This document shows, in pieces, positions 10,585 to 20,682 of a stretch of 64,000 nt of DNA. Positions within the stretch are counted from its first letter, which is position 1; each line of letters starts with the position of its first letter. The stretch spans positions 2,208,001 through 2,272,000 of the forward strand of contig CAXXMB010000002.1 in NCBI GenBank assembly GCA_963668675.2. Direction: 5' to 3'. Below the pieces are notes generated by a model. That model had not been told where the DNA came from, made no database searches, and saw only the letters and a program-made list of their open reading frames with translations. The DNA is from an uncultured Desulfatitalea sp. (GTDB lineage: Bacteria; Desulfobacterota; Desulfobacteria; Desulfobacterales; Desulfosarcinaceae). A program made the position numbers and the translations under genes.

Positions 10585-11499
10585 TTAGTGGTGCCTATCC
10601 CGTGACAGGATCTCTTTCACGTAATCCCTGATCTTCTCCTTGGGGTAGATCCCCTCTTCGGTCACCAGGAAGTCGACCATGTCTAGATCCAGCATGTCGT
10701 GTGAATAGGTGGTCAGCACGAAGCTGGTGTTGTCCTGGACAGTGGTCACCCGTTTTTCATGAATGCGTTGGTTTTCGGAGAGGCCGTGGGAGAATTTGAG
10801 TGTATTGGCGAATAGATAGACCGGTATTTTGTGAAAGTGGCACAGGCTGGCGATGTTGGCCGTGCCGACCGCGGAGACGATTTTAAGATCGTGGGAGATG
10901 GAGAGGGCGCCGGTAAACATCTTGTTGGCTTTGCCGATGTAGTGGCTCAACGAAAACTCGGGCACGGTCTCCAGGTCGACCCGGGCCTGCTTGAGGATGT
11001 CGATCAGCTTCTTCGTCTTGATGAAGTCTTGCTTAAGTACGATCACCTTGATCGTTCGGTCCAACACCTCTTTGGCCAGGGCGATCATTTTGGTGACGTC
11101 GGCGCTGGCGGTGTGCATCACGAGCACATCCCCCTCTTCGATGCAGTCCAGTCCAAGCTGGATGATTCGAGCGACCTTGTCTTTGATCCGATCGTGTTTG
11201 GCTTGCAGGATTTCGCATGCCGTTGCCAGCGTCTGATCCGCATCCGCCCCAAAATGGGGGGCGATCTCTTGTTCGAACTCTTCGATCAGGTGAATCAAGG
11301 GAACGATCTTGGGGCGCGTGTTTTTGATCGCGTCGGCCAGCTCCGCGTATTCGTTGCGGATTTCATCCGGGCTGCATTTCAGCTCCTGGATGGCGGTTTT
11401 AAAGGCCTGCAGGGCCAGCATGGTGGCGCGTGAAGAGCCCACGAGGTCTTCATGGTCTCGAATCAATCGGCATAAGATGGTTTTGTCGTCTTCATTCAT
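10585..11499 (-). CDS. eIF-2B alpha/beta/delta-like (R15P isomerase fold) protein
   Basis: IEEGDVLVMH, TGALSI, SAVGTANIASLCHFHKIPVY, DFLVTEEGI. Confidence 0.75.
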   Translation of the reverse strand: MNEDDKTILCRLIRDHEDLVGSSRATMLALQAFKTAIQELKCSPDEIRNEYAELADAIKNTRPKIVPLIHLIEEFEQEIAPHFGADADQTLATACEILQAKHDRIKDKVARIIQLGLDCIEEGDVLVMHTASADVTKMIALAKEVLDRTIKVIVLKQDFIKTKKLIDILKQARVDLETVPEFSLSHYIGKANKMFTGALSISHDLKIVSAVGTANIASLCHFHKIPVYLFANTLKFSHGLSENQRIHEKRVTTVQDNTSFVLTTYSHDMLDLDMVDFLVTEEGIYPKEKIRDYVKEILSRDRHH

Positions 11500-11532
11500 A
11501 GTCAACTCTCAAATTATCCATGTTTTTCAAAA

Positions 11533-12840
11533 TTAAGGCAACGTCAGCCGCAGGTAGATCACCAGATAGATGGACGAGAGGATCAGGGTAATGACGGTAA
11601 TGACGGCGCTGAACTTCATGAAATCCAAAAAGGAGATGTCGACTCGGAACCGCTTGGCCATGCCCACCGTGACGATGTTGGCCGACGCGCCGATCATGGT
11701 GAAGTTGCCGCCCAGGCAGGCGCCTAATGCCAGGGCCCACCAAAGGATGTTGTGCGGGATGGGTGTGGTCTCCAGAATCAGCCGTACAATGGGTATCATG
11801 GTGATGGTGAAGGGAATGTTATCCAGAAACCCGGACACGATGCCCGACACCCAGAGCACCATCAGCACGATCACATATGGGTTGTCGCCCACGCGCAAAA
11901 AGATATTGTGGGCGATCCATTCGATAACGCCCTTCTCTTCGAGCACGCCCACCAGGATGAAGAGGCCGGCGAAGAAGAGCAGTGTGCTCCATTCGATCTC
12001 TTCGAGCATGTGCTCCACGTCCACCCGTGTGATGACGAAGAGCACCATGGCCATCAAGAGGGCCACCACACCGGGCGAAAGTTTGGTGATCGTTTGGGTC
12101 ACGAAGAGCAATATGGTGATGATCAGGCATGAGAGGCTTTTGATTAAAAAGACCTTGTCAAATTTAGTGCTGAGGAAATCATAGCGGATTTTTTCCAGAA
12201 GCAGCTGGACGGAGAAAAGTTTACCCAGGTCGGCGTCGATGGGCTTGAATTTTTTGCGGTTGGCGGCCCATATATAAAACAATCCGACCGCGAAACAGAT
12301 GATCACCGGCGGGGCCAGATTAAAGATGAACTGGTTGAAAGTGAGGCCCACCTTGGAACCGATGATGATATTGGGCGGGTCGCCAATCAGGGTGGCCGTG
12401 CCGCCTATGTTGGAAATTACGGCCTGGCTGATCACATAGATCTTGGGATCCAGCCCCATGCCTCTGGTCAGCTCGATGACAATCGGTACGATGATCAGGA
12501 CCGTGGTCACGTTGTCCAGAAAGGCCGAGAGCACCGCCGTGACGATCGAAAAGAGGATCAGTATCTTGAGCGGGCTGCCCTTGGTCAGTTCTGCGATCTT
12601 GACCGAAAGAATGGTGAAGAATCCCGATTTGCGCAAGATGGCCACGATGGACATCATGCCCAACAGAAGCATGATGGTTTCGAAATCGATGAACTCGACC
12701 GCCTGATGTTCGGAAATCACATGCAGGGACAAGATCACCATGACGCCCAGCAGGGCCGCCACGGCTTTGTTCACCAACTCTAAAGAGATGACCGCGTAGA
12801 CAATGACAAAAACAACTATTGGAATTAGAGCCCCTTCCAT
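11533..12840 (-). CDS. ArsB/NhaD (IT superfamily) transporter
   Basis: SAFLDNVTT, NIGGTATLIGDPPN, GFLDNIP, LGGNFTMIGASAN. Confidence 0.9.
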   Translation of the reverse strand: MEGALIPIVVFVIVYAVISLELVNKAVAALLGVMVILSLHVISEHQAVEFIDFETIMLLLGMMSIVAILRKSGFFTILSVKIAELTKGSPLKILILFSIVTAVLSAFLDNVTTVLIIVPIVIELTRGMGLDPKIYVISQAVISNIGGTATLIGDPPNIIIGSKVGLTFNQFIFNLAPPVIICFAVGLFYIWAANRKKFKPIDADLGKLFSVQLLLEKIRYDFLSTKFDKVFLIKSLSCLIITILLFVTQTITKLSPGVVALLMAMVLFVITRVDVEHMLEEIEWSTLLFFAGLFILVGVLEEKGVIEWIAHNIFLRVGDNPYVIVLMVLWVSGIVSGFLDNIPFTITMIPIVRLILETTPIPHNILWWALALGACLGGNFTMIGASANIVTVGMAKRFRVDISFLDFMKFSAVITVITLILSSIYLVIYLRLTLP

Positions 12841-13084
12841 GATGGTTCAACCTTCCCTGTCGCTTGATGGATCGTAATTTGGTACAATCTTTTCAGTGGT
12901 TTAGCAAAACGACTCCTATATCGCTATTCTTGAATCGTGTCAATGTTCGATTTGTGCCAATGGCAGGGGATTTGGTAGGGGGATAGTGTAAACCAATTAA
13001 GGAGGGCTCTACTAAACCCAGTTCAAGTGGTGCCTTTGCGGATCGCTTGCAGAGGGGCACCGAATAGCATGCGGAATTTGCCAA

Positions 13085-13783
13085 TTATTCGGGGTGTTCG
13101 GTCCTTTCTACAACTTGGCCCCTCTCGAGCCGTACGATGACATCTGCTATTTCGGGGACATAAGACAGGTCGGACGCGGTCGTTACCGTCGTGATTCCTT
13201 CGGCACGCAGCTCCTTGATACTCAAGGCCAGATTTTCACGAATCAGCGGTGACAGACCTTCCAATGGTTCATCCAACATCAGACACTGCGGCTCCAAGGC
13301 AAGTGCGCGGGCTATGGCGAGCATTGTCCGCTCGCCGCCGCTGAGCACTTGCCCATGCGCCTTGATCAGGTCTTTTAAGGGGGGAAACAGCGAAAGGACC
13401 TTCTTTACTATTTTGTTCTTGTCCGTCTTTCTTCGCCAAGTGGCCAGCAGTATGTTTTCCAATACGGTAAAATCGGGATAGATTCTTCGATCTTCCGGTA
13501 CGTAGCCGATTCCCATATGCGCCACTTTGTGGCCGGGTTGGTTCGTGATTTCCCGATCTTTGAAAAAGATGCGGCCCGAATCCACAGGCAATAAACCGAG
13601 GATGCTTTTTAATAATGTGGTTTTGCCGGCGCCGTTGGGCCCGACGACACAGAAGATGCCCGGTGAGATGGTCATGGAGACATCCCTCAGGGCGTGTACC
13701 GGCGGGCGGAACGTGTTCAGCCCTTCAATTCGAATAATTGGCTCTGCTTGGCCGCCTGAAGATTGAATATGATTGTTTGTCAT
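13085..13783 (-). CDS. Branched-chain amino acid-type ABC ATPase (LivF-like)
   Basis: GPNGAGKT, GYVPEDRRI, LSGGE, LDEP. Confidence 0.9.
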   Translation of the reverse strand: MTNNHIQSSGGQAEPIIRIEGLNTFRPPVHALRDVSMTISPGIFCVVGPNGAGKTTLLKSILGLLPVDSGRIFFKDREITNQPGHKVAHMGIGYVPEDRRIYPDFTVLENILLATWRRKTDKNKIVKKVLSLFPPLKDLIKAHGQVLSGGERTMLAIARALALEPQCLMLDEPLEGLSPLIRENLALSIKELRAEGITTVTTASDLSYVPEIADVIVRLERGQVVERTEHPE

Positions 13784-13825
13784 TGCTTTGGCTCTCTTTT
13801 CAGACGCGTTTAGGGTTTCGGCGCT

Positions 13826-14611
13826 TCAGTTTACGCTTTTCTTCCCGAACGGGCTGTGGCCCAGTACGGCCGTGCGGACCTGTTCGTTCGCCATAACCGT
13901 TTCCGGGAGGCCCTGTGCAAGCACCGATCCCTGGTCCATTACGATGACGCGCTGACCATACCGGGCCACGATTTCCATGTCGTGTTCCACAATTATCGTG
14001 GTGGTTCCTTTGGCCTTGATGTTGGGCATGATCGTATCCATAACCTCACACTTCTCGTCGGAACTCACCCCGGAGGTCGGTTCATCCAAGAGCAGAATTG
14101 CCGGCTCCAAGGCAAAGGCCACGGCCGCGTCCAGCAGTTTGCGCTGCCCGTGTGGTAATGACGCGGCCACACTTTCCGGAGGGACATTGAACATTTCGAG
14201 AATGTGCCGGGCTTCTTCCCTTGATTGACGAAAACGGGTCGTTTTGGAATAAAAGACCAGTGTCTTTTTCTGCCGAATAAGCAATGCCAGTGAGACATTG
14301 TCCCAAGCGGTCAGATTTTCGAAAAGGGCAGGAAGTTGGAAAGAATAGATGATCCCGCTGCGGGCCCTATGAATAAGACTTTGCCGGCTAACATTTTTTC
14401 CACGAAAGAAAATTTGTCCCTCACTGACCCGGTGGCCCCCACTGAGCATCTTGAGCAGAGTGGTTTTGCCGGCGCCGTTCGAACCAACAATGCAAAGCAC
14501 CTCATTTTGGAAGACTTCCATGTCCACGCAGTTCACGGCCATGAGCCGCCCGAAGGACTTTGTAACCTGTTTGGTGCTCAGGATGACTTCTTGATCAGCT
14601 TTCGAGCCCAT
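13826..14611 (-). CDS. Branched-chain amino acid-type ABC ATPase (LivG-like)
   Basis: GSNGAGKT, LPHGQRK, LLDEPTSG, IVEHDM. Confidence 0.9.
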   Translation of the reverse strand: MGSKADQEVILSTKQVTKSFGRLMAVNCVDMEVFQNEVLCIVGSNGAGKTTLLKMLSGGHRVSEGQIFFRGKNVSRQSLIHRARSGIIYSFQLPALFENLTAWDNVSLALLIRQKKTLVFYSKTTRFRQSREEARHILEMFNVPPESVAASLPHGQRKLLDAAVAFALEPAILLLDEPTSGVSSDEKCEVMDTIMPNIKAKGTTTIIVEHDMEIVARYGQRVIVMDQGSVLAQGLPETVMANEQVRTAVLGHSPFGKKSVN

Positions 14612-15519
14612 AGACCGAAACCTCCCAATACCCCGCCCGGCAGAAAGATGACCAGGCAAATAATGGCCGCACCCAGAAAAAATTGCCAGAAAAAGAGCGG
14701 CTGCAGTTTGGATTGCAGAAAAACAAAGACCAGTGCGCCGACGACCGGACCGAAAAAGGATTGATGCCCCCCTAAAATCACCATCAACACAATACCGATA
14801 GAGGTTATCGTCTGAAACAACTCAGGTACTGCATGGCCGGTGAGCGATACCAGCAAAACGCCTGCGACACCGGTAAAGGCGCCGGAGATGATGAAAGCAA
14901 TCAAACGGTATTTCATGACCAGCAAACCCAAATAGCCTACCCGGCCTTCGTTGTCCCTTACCGCCTGAATGGTCAATCCGAAAGGCGATTTGCAAATAAC
15001 CCACATCGCTGCGGTGCAAAGCACAAAAAATATTAAGGCCAGATAGTAGTATGGCATCCCGGAATCGACAGGATGACCGAAAAGCATTGGCGTTGTTACC
15101 CGCACACCGTCGGTACCACCGGTAAGGTTGTAGAACTTTGCGAAAAGCGCATACATCAGCTCTCCGAATGCAAGGGTCAGCATCGAAAAGTAAATGTCGA
15201 TCTGGCGAGTGCAAAAGATCCCCACGATAGCCGCCAAGGCTGCGGAAGCCAAAACCCCCAGCGGTATGAGCACCTCCAGGGAATGCACACCGGCATACTT
15301 GCCCATCAGGGCTACCACATAAGCGCCTGTACCAAGGAACATACCGTGGCCGAAACTCATCAATCCTGTGTAGCCCAGCAACAAATTGACAGACAGTGCC
15401 GCTATGGCCATCAGCATCGCATACGTCAACAGATAAACAGTAAAATCACCAGCTACAAATGGCGCCAGGCAGATGAGGATAAAGCCGGTCACCAAAGAGA
15501 GGCCGCTTAGATGTTTCAT
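14578..15519 (-). CDS. ABC permease (LivM-like)
   Basis: LLGYTGLMSFGH, TGGTDG, SPFG..QAVRDNE. Confidence 0.9.
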   Translation of the reverse strand: MKHLSGLSLVTGFILICLAPFVAGDFTVYLLTYAMLMAIAALSVNLLLGYTGLMSFGHGMFLGTGAYVVALMGKYAGVHSLEVLIPLGVLASAALAAIVGIFCTRQIDIYFSMLTLAFGELMYALFAKFYNLTGGTDGVRVTTPMLFGHPVDSGMPYYYLALIFFVLCTAAMWVICKSPFGLTIQAVRDNEGRVGYLGLLVMKYRLIAFIISGAFTGVAGVLLVSLTGHAVPELFQTITSIGIVLMVILGGHQSFFGPVVGALVFVFLQSKLQPLFFWQFFLGAAIICLVIFLPGGVLGGFGLWARKLIKKSS

Positions 15520-15538
15520 ATCCGTTTTTCCCGCTTGT

Positions 15539-16411
15539 TCACGATTTGTGCGTGCCGAAAAGCCCGCTCGGTTTAATCGATAGGATCAACGCCATCAGAA
15601 TGAAAACAAAAGCAAGTTCCAACTTGGGGAAATACTGAACACCCAGGGAGTTGACCATCCCAATGATCAGGGCCGTCACCAAGGCCCCGTTGACGCTGCC
15701 CAGGCCGGCCATGGCGATAACGACAAAGCTCAATATGAGATACTCTAAGCCCACTCCCGGCCACCCTCCGGTGACCGGGAGCATAAGGCCGCCCGCCAGG
15801 CCGGCTATGGCCGATCCAAACAGGAAAGTAAATGCTTTGACATGCGAGACGCTGATGCCCATTGCCTCAGTCATCTCTTCGTCGAGCGAGGTGGCCCGGA
15901 TGACGCGGCCGATGTCTGTTTTGCGAAACAAAAACCATAGCCCAAATGCAAGAGCGGCGGCAGCGCCAATGATAATCAGGTTGTATACTGGGTAGATGAT
16001 GTTTCCATATTCGATCATACTGTCGATGAGGGGAGGTACGCCGATAGAGTATCCACCCCAGTAGAATCGAATGATATCGTCGACCATCAACACAATTCCG
16101 AAAGTGACCAGAATTTGGAAAACGTGGTCGCGTTTATACATGAACCGGAGTATGCCACGTTCGAACAGCAGACCCAGCAGGCCAACCAGGAAGGCGGCAC
16201 AAATCGGCGCCAACCACAACAGGGCGGGATAATCGGCGGGCAGCAAACCGATGATGCCATAACAGAGATACAGTCCCAGCATGTATGCAGCCGCATGACC
16301 AAAGTTTATAATGTTCAGCACGCCGAAAATGATTTGGAGCCCTGCACTCATGAGAAAAAGGATCGAGGAATAAAAGATTCCATTGATCAAGATGTTGAAA
16401 ACCAATTCCAA
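15539..16411 (-). CDS. ABC permease (LivH-like); probable TTG start at 16411
   Basis: GLQIIFGVLNIINFGH, KTDIGRVIRA, GLGSVNG. Confidence 0.85.
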   Translation of the reverse strand: MELVFNILINGIFYSSILFLMSAGLQIIFGVLNIINFGHAAAYMLGLYLCYGIIGLLPADYPALLWLAPICAAFLVGLLGLLFERGILRFMYKRDHVFQILVTFGIVLMVDDIIRFYWGGYSIGVPPLIDSMIEYGNIIYPVYNLIIIGAAAALAFGLWFLFRKTDIGRVIRATSLDEEMTEAMGISVSHVKAFTFLFGSAIAGLAGGLMLPVTGGWPGVGLEYLILSFVVIAMAGLGSVNGALVTALIIGMVNSLGVQYFPKLELAFVFILMALILSIKPSGLFGTHKS

Positions 16412-16508
16412 AGTGTAGCCCCCCCATTGTGCCGGTAATGGTATCCGGCTGCCAATCGGCTTAATACCGTTCGCTTTTTCAGGCAAAAGCGAACGGTATT
16501 GCCAGGTT

Positions 16509-17813
16509 TTACCACTTCTTGATCCACTCCAGCGGGTCTTCTCCCGGAGGCGCACAGACCTCTTCCATCGGAATGTGATAGATCTGATCAATACCGAAGT
16601 TATATGGTTTTTGCTCCTTGTACAGTCCGGCCCATTTGGGGGTGCTGGCCTTGCCGTCGGAGCGGTAAGTCGACCATCCCAACTGGTGGGCGACAGCAAG
16701 ACCCGGGAAGGCCGCCGCGATCTGATCGTTGCTCGGCCAAGCGCCGGTCACGGCCGCCGCCCGCTCTACCGCTGCCACCAAGGCCAGAAAACCTGCCCCG
16801 GTAAAGGCCGCGCCTGCGGGGGTCGCATTTTGATGCGCCTGGTAATACATGTCGTAAAAAAATTTGTTCAGCGGCCATTTGTTTGGATCGGGAGCGGTGG
16901 GCAACCCCTCTACCGGGAAGGGTGGATGCCCGATGAGCTGTTTGGGAAGGGGCCGCTTTTCGGTGCTGTAAAATTCACCATGGTCTCCCATCAATTTCGA
17001 ATGCTTGGCCACGCCGCGCTGGATGCATTGATCGGCGAACCTCGTCGAGTCAGCTCCCCAGAAGCTGTTGAACACCACTGTTGGTTTGGTCGATAGAATC
17101 TTGGCAATGTGAGGAGAGTAATCGGGGGTAAACAATTTGGGCCACAGTTCGGCTACGGTTTCAGCTTTGGGATCCACCTTTTTGAGCACCGTATCGAAAA
17201 TGTCATGAATTTCATGCCCGTATGCGTAATCCGGATGCACATGGGCCACCTTGGCCCCCGGGAAGAATTTCGCGCAGGCCAACGCCGCGGAGGCCGCATG
17301 GGCGATGGTGTCGTTCACCGCCTTGAAGACATATTTTCGAAACTTGGTGGGATCATCCGGGTTCTGCCAGGTCACCTTGTGCGTGCGCGCCAGAGTGTTG
17401 ATAAATATCGTTTTACTCTCTTCGGCGATCGGGGCTGCAGCGAGCGCGTTTCCGGATGAGGCCACGCCGAGGATGGCATCGACCTTGTCCTGCTGGGTAA
17501 GCCGCTTGAACGTCTCGACCACCTTAGCCACTGGCCCTTCATCGTCTTTGGAGAGCTCCAGCTTGCGACCCAACAGCCCGCCGTTTCGGTTGTAATGGTT
17601 GACCAGCAGCTCCATCATTTCATGGCCCGGATAGCCGTAAGAAGTAGCAGGTCCAGTCGAGAAAGCGACGACAGCCACCTTGAAAGGCGTTTTCGGTGCA
17701 TCGGCGGCCAACGCCTTGCGTTGGGCACCGGTCAGATAGAGGCCACCCGCCAACGTACCAAGACCCATTAATTTCATTGCATCACGACGACTAAAACCCA
17801 ACTCTTTTTTCAT
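16509..17813 (-). CDS. ABC substrate-binding protein (Leu/Ile/Val-binding fold) with Tat signal
   Basis: SRRDAMK twin-arginine signal; NRNGGLLGRKLEL, DYAYGHE, DYSPHI. Confidence 0.85.
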   Translation of the reverse strand: MKKELGFSRRDAMKLMGLGTLAGGLYLTGAQRKALAADAPKTPFKVAVVAFSTGPATSYGYPGHEMMELLVNHYNRNGGLLGRKLELSKDDEGPVAKVVETFKRLTQQDKVDAILGVASSGNALAAAPIAEESKTIFINTLARTHKVTWQNPDDPTKFRKYVFKAVNDTIAHAASAALACAKFFPGAKVAHVHPDYAYGHEIHDIFDTVLKKVDPKAETVAELWPKLFTPDYSPHIAKILSTKPTVVFNSFWGADSTRFADQCIQRGVAKHSKLMGDHGEFYSTEKRPLPKQLIGHPPFPVEGLPTAPDPNKWPLNKFFYDMYYQAHQNATPAGAAFTGAGFLALVAAVERAAAVTGAWPSNDQIAAAFPGLAVAHQLGWSTYRSDGKASTPKWAGLYKEQKPYNFGIDQIYHIPMEEVCAPPGEDPLEWIKKW

Positions 17814-18211
17814 TTGCAACCTCCTTGCATTTTTGAAGAGCGGTAGACGTTAATATTGCAATGGCTCGGTAGTGCCTTGAGTCAAGCGATGAGGGTTCTT
17901 GAAATATGGTTGTCGATAAAGAGGGATCCTGAACACGCAATTTGATACTGGCATAGGTTCGCACCAAGGTCAATAATACAAACCAATGTTCGTTCTCGTC
18001 GTACAAAGCCGTGGCTGCTGTCGGTTCCTGGAAAATACTTCCCGGGCACTATCTGTCGACTCGATGGTGACCGGCATCCTGCCGCAGGTGGACATCTGCA
18101 TCAGAACTTCCAATATCTTATCTGTCAGACAGGCTCATTATTTGCTAATATGGTTGCCAACTATCGGATAATATAATAGTTTGCACCCACTCGAAGGCGG
18201 AAATCGAAAAG

Positions 18212-19012
18212 ATGAAAGTGACCATTATAGGATCGGGCACCTGTGTGCCGCGGCTATCAAGGAGCGCCAGCAGTTTGCTGGTAGAGACCGGCAAGGCCAA
18301 AATACTAGTCGACCTGGGACCGGGCACCATGCATCGGCTGCTGGAGTATGGTTTGACGATCTTCGATCTGACCCATATTTTTATCACCCACTTTCATCCC
18401 GACCACACCGCAGAGCTGGTTCCCCTGCTCTTTGCCACCAAGTATCCAGACGGTGCTGCGCGCACCCATCGCCTGACCATTGCCGGTGGGATCGGGTTGA
18501 AACGGTTTTACCAGGGGCTTCAGGCCGCCTACGGCCAATGGATCGTGTTGCCCGAAGAGCAGATGGCGCTTCAGGAGATCGATACCATGGCCGGCGAGGC
18601 GCTCACCTATGTCGAGGGTTTCAACGTGACCGCCAGGCCGGTCGATCATCGGCCCGAGAGCCTGGCCTATCGCTTCTCCGATTCGACCGGTAGTTCCGTG
18701 GCCTACTCGGGGGATACGGACGATTGTGAGACACTGGCAGAGGTGGCCCGGGGGGTCGATCTGTTCATCTGCGAGTCGGCCATGCCCGATGCGCTCAAGG
18801 TGCCCGGGCACATGACACCCTCCCTGGCCGGGACCATGGCTGCCCGGGCCGGCGCCAAACGCTTGGTGCTGACCCATCTCTATCCCGAGTGTGATGGGGT
18901 TGACCTTGTCAAACAAGCCCGGCGCACGTATAAAGGGCCGGTGATGGTTGCAGAGGATCTGCTCTCTTTTGTGTTGGAGGGGTCGATCCGAAATGGGGGG
19001 GCGCAAGGGTGA
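18212..19012 (+). CDS. MBL-fold metallo-hydrolase (RNase Z-like)
   Basis: THFHPDH, YSGDT, LVLTHLY. Confidence 0.85.
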   Translation: MKVTIIGSGTCVPRLSRSASSLLVETGKAKILVDLGPGTMHRLLEYGLTIFDLTHIFITHFHPDHTAELVPLLFATKYPDGAARTHRLTIAGGIGLKRFYQGLQAAYGQWIVLPEEQMALQEIDTMAGEALTYVEGFNVTARPVDHRPESLAYRFSDSTGSSVAYSGDTDDCETLAEVARGVDLFICESAMPDALKVPGHMTPSLAGTMAARAGAKRLVLTHLYPECDGVDLVKQARRTYKGPVMVAEDLLSFVLEGSIRNGGAQG

Positions 19013-19054
19013 GCCCCGATCGTAGCTGTTAATGGAGGTGCGATAGGAGTGCAT

Positions 19055-19747
19055 ATGAGATATTACCCGGTCTGTCTGGATATAAAGGGTCGCGATTGCC
19101 TGGTGGTCGGGGGCGGACAGGTGGGCACGCGCAAAGTGAAAACCCTGCTCGATTGTGGCGCCCGGGTGACGGTGGTGAGCCCCCAGGTCACGCAAGCGCT
19201 GGCCGAACTCGTCGGTAACGGTCAGATCACCTGGAAACCGCGTGCCTATAGTGCCGGCGATCAGGAGGGTGTGTTCCTGGTGATCGGGGCCACCGACGAA
19301 GAGGCGCTCAACCATGCCGTCTATGAGGATGCCAAGCAGGCCGGCCGTCTTTGCAACATTGCCGACCAACCCCGGCGCTGCAACTTTGTCCTGCCCTCCA
19401 TCGTGCAACAGGGCGATCTGATGATCGCCATCTCCACGGCCGGCAAAAGCCCGGCTTTTGCCAAATTCATGCGACGGCAGCTGCAGGAGCAGTTCGGACC
19501 GGAGTACGGCACATTCCTGGATCTCATGGGAGCGGTGCGGCAGCACCTGCTTGCCCAGGCCCACGCACCCGAAGCGCATAAACCCATTTTTGAAGCGTTG
19601 ATCGAACAGGGAATGCTGGAGCTGATTCGACAGGATGACCGCGACCGGATCGATGCTCTCCTGGCCCGGGCGGTGGGGCCGGAATACACCTATGAACGTC
19701 TGATGGCGGCCGATGGCGGTGATGGCCGCCCCCGGCCCGAGAGGTAA
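19055..19747 (+). CDS. Precorrin-2 dehydrogenase/sirohydrochlorin ferrochelatase (SirC/Met8-like)
   Basis: VVGGGQVG, CNIADQP..CNF, AISTAGKSP. Confidence 0.9.
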   Translation: MRYYPVCLDIKGRDCLVVGGGQVGTRKVKTLLDCGARVTVVSPQVTQALAELVGNGQITWKPRAYSAGDQEGVFLVIGATDEEALNHAVYEDAKQAGRLCNIADQPRRCNFVLPSIVQQGDLMIAISTAGKSPAFAKFMRRQLQEQFGPEYGTFLDLMGAVRQHLLAQAHAPEAHKPIFEALIEQGMLELIRQDDRDRIDALLARAVGPEYTYERLMAADGGDGRPRPER

Positions 19748-19757
19748 GGAACGACCT

Positions 19758-20579
19758 ATGCAAATCGCATTTATCGTGGCCATCTTGTTGTACATGCTCA
19801 GTGCCGCCTGCTACTTCGCCTATCTGTTTCTCCAGCGCGATCGGTTGCAGCAGGTGGGTGGGCTCCTGCTCACCGTTGGTTTCATCTGTCAAACCGTCAC
19901 GATCGGGTGGGCATTTGCGGCCACCGGCCATGTGCCGGTCAACAACCTGCACGAGACGCTCACCATGACGGCCTGGGCGGTGGTCGGCGCATTTCTGGCG
20001 CTCAATCTCAAGTTTCGAATCAAAATATTGGGGGTCTATGTAGCACCTCTGGCGGTATTCATCCTCCTGATCGCCACCCAGTTTCCCCGTGAATTGCTCC
20101 AGCCGGAAAACATGCTCAAAGGGGTCTGGCTGATCATTCACATCATCACCATTTTTGCCGGCGACGCCGCCTTTGCTTTGGCCGCCGGCGTTGGGGTGCT
20201 CTACCTGCTTCAGGAGCGCAATATAAAAGCCAAAACCCGGGGCTTCTTCTTCAAGCGCCTGCCGTCATTGGATTTGCTTGACACCACCGGGTATGCATGT
20301 ATTGTAGGCGGTTTTACACTGCTGACCATTGGATTGGTCACGGGCATGATCTATGCGAAAGTATTGTGGGGGCGTTTTTGGAGCTGGGACCCCAAAGAGG
20401 TGTGGTCGGCCATCACCTGGATTTTCTATGCCGTGCACCTGCACGTCCGCCTGGCCATCGGCTGGCGTGGCCGACGCGCCGCCGTTATGGCCATCGTTGG
20501 GCTGGGCGTGTTGCTCTTCACCTTTTTTGGGGTTAACTTCTTGCTTTCCGGGCATCATGGGCAGTTTACGAGATATTAA
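19758..20579 (+). CDS. ccsA: Cytochrome c biogenesis protein CcsA/CcsB-like
   Basis: WGRFWSWDPKE (WWD domain) in a polytopic membrane protein. Confidence 0.85.
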   Translation: MQIAFIVAILLYMLSAACYFAYLFLQRDRLQQVGGLLLTVGFICQTVTIGWAFAATGHVPVNNLHETLTMTAWAVVGAFLALNLKFRIKILGVYVAPLAVFILLIATQFPRELLQPENMLKGVWLIIHIITIFAGDAAFALAAGVGVLYLLQERNIKAKTRGFFFKRLPSLDLLDTTGYACIVGGFTLLTIGLVTGMIYAKVLWGRFWSWDPKEVWSAITWIFYAVHLHVRLAIGWRGRRAAVMAIVGLGVLLFTFFGVNFLLSGHHGQFTRY

Positions 20580-20682
20580 CGACAGCCAGAGGCGTGAAAA
20601 TGGCTTCGGTGCCACGACGGCAGGATAGCATTGGCAGTGCAAGCGCATTAAAAGCGGATTCTTATTTAGTTTTTTGAATTTT

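Noticed and set aside
20631..20648. Sigma54 promoter before hemA
   Set aside because: GG-N10-GC spacing is present but the -12 element lacks TTGC; too weak.
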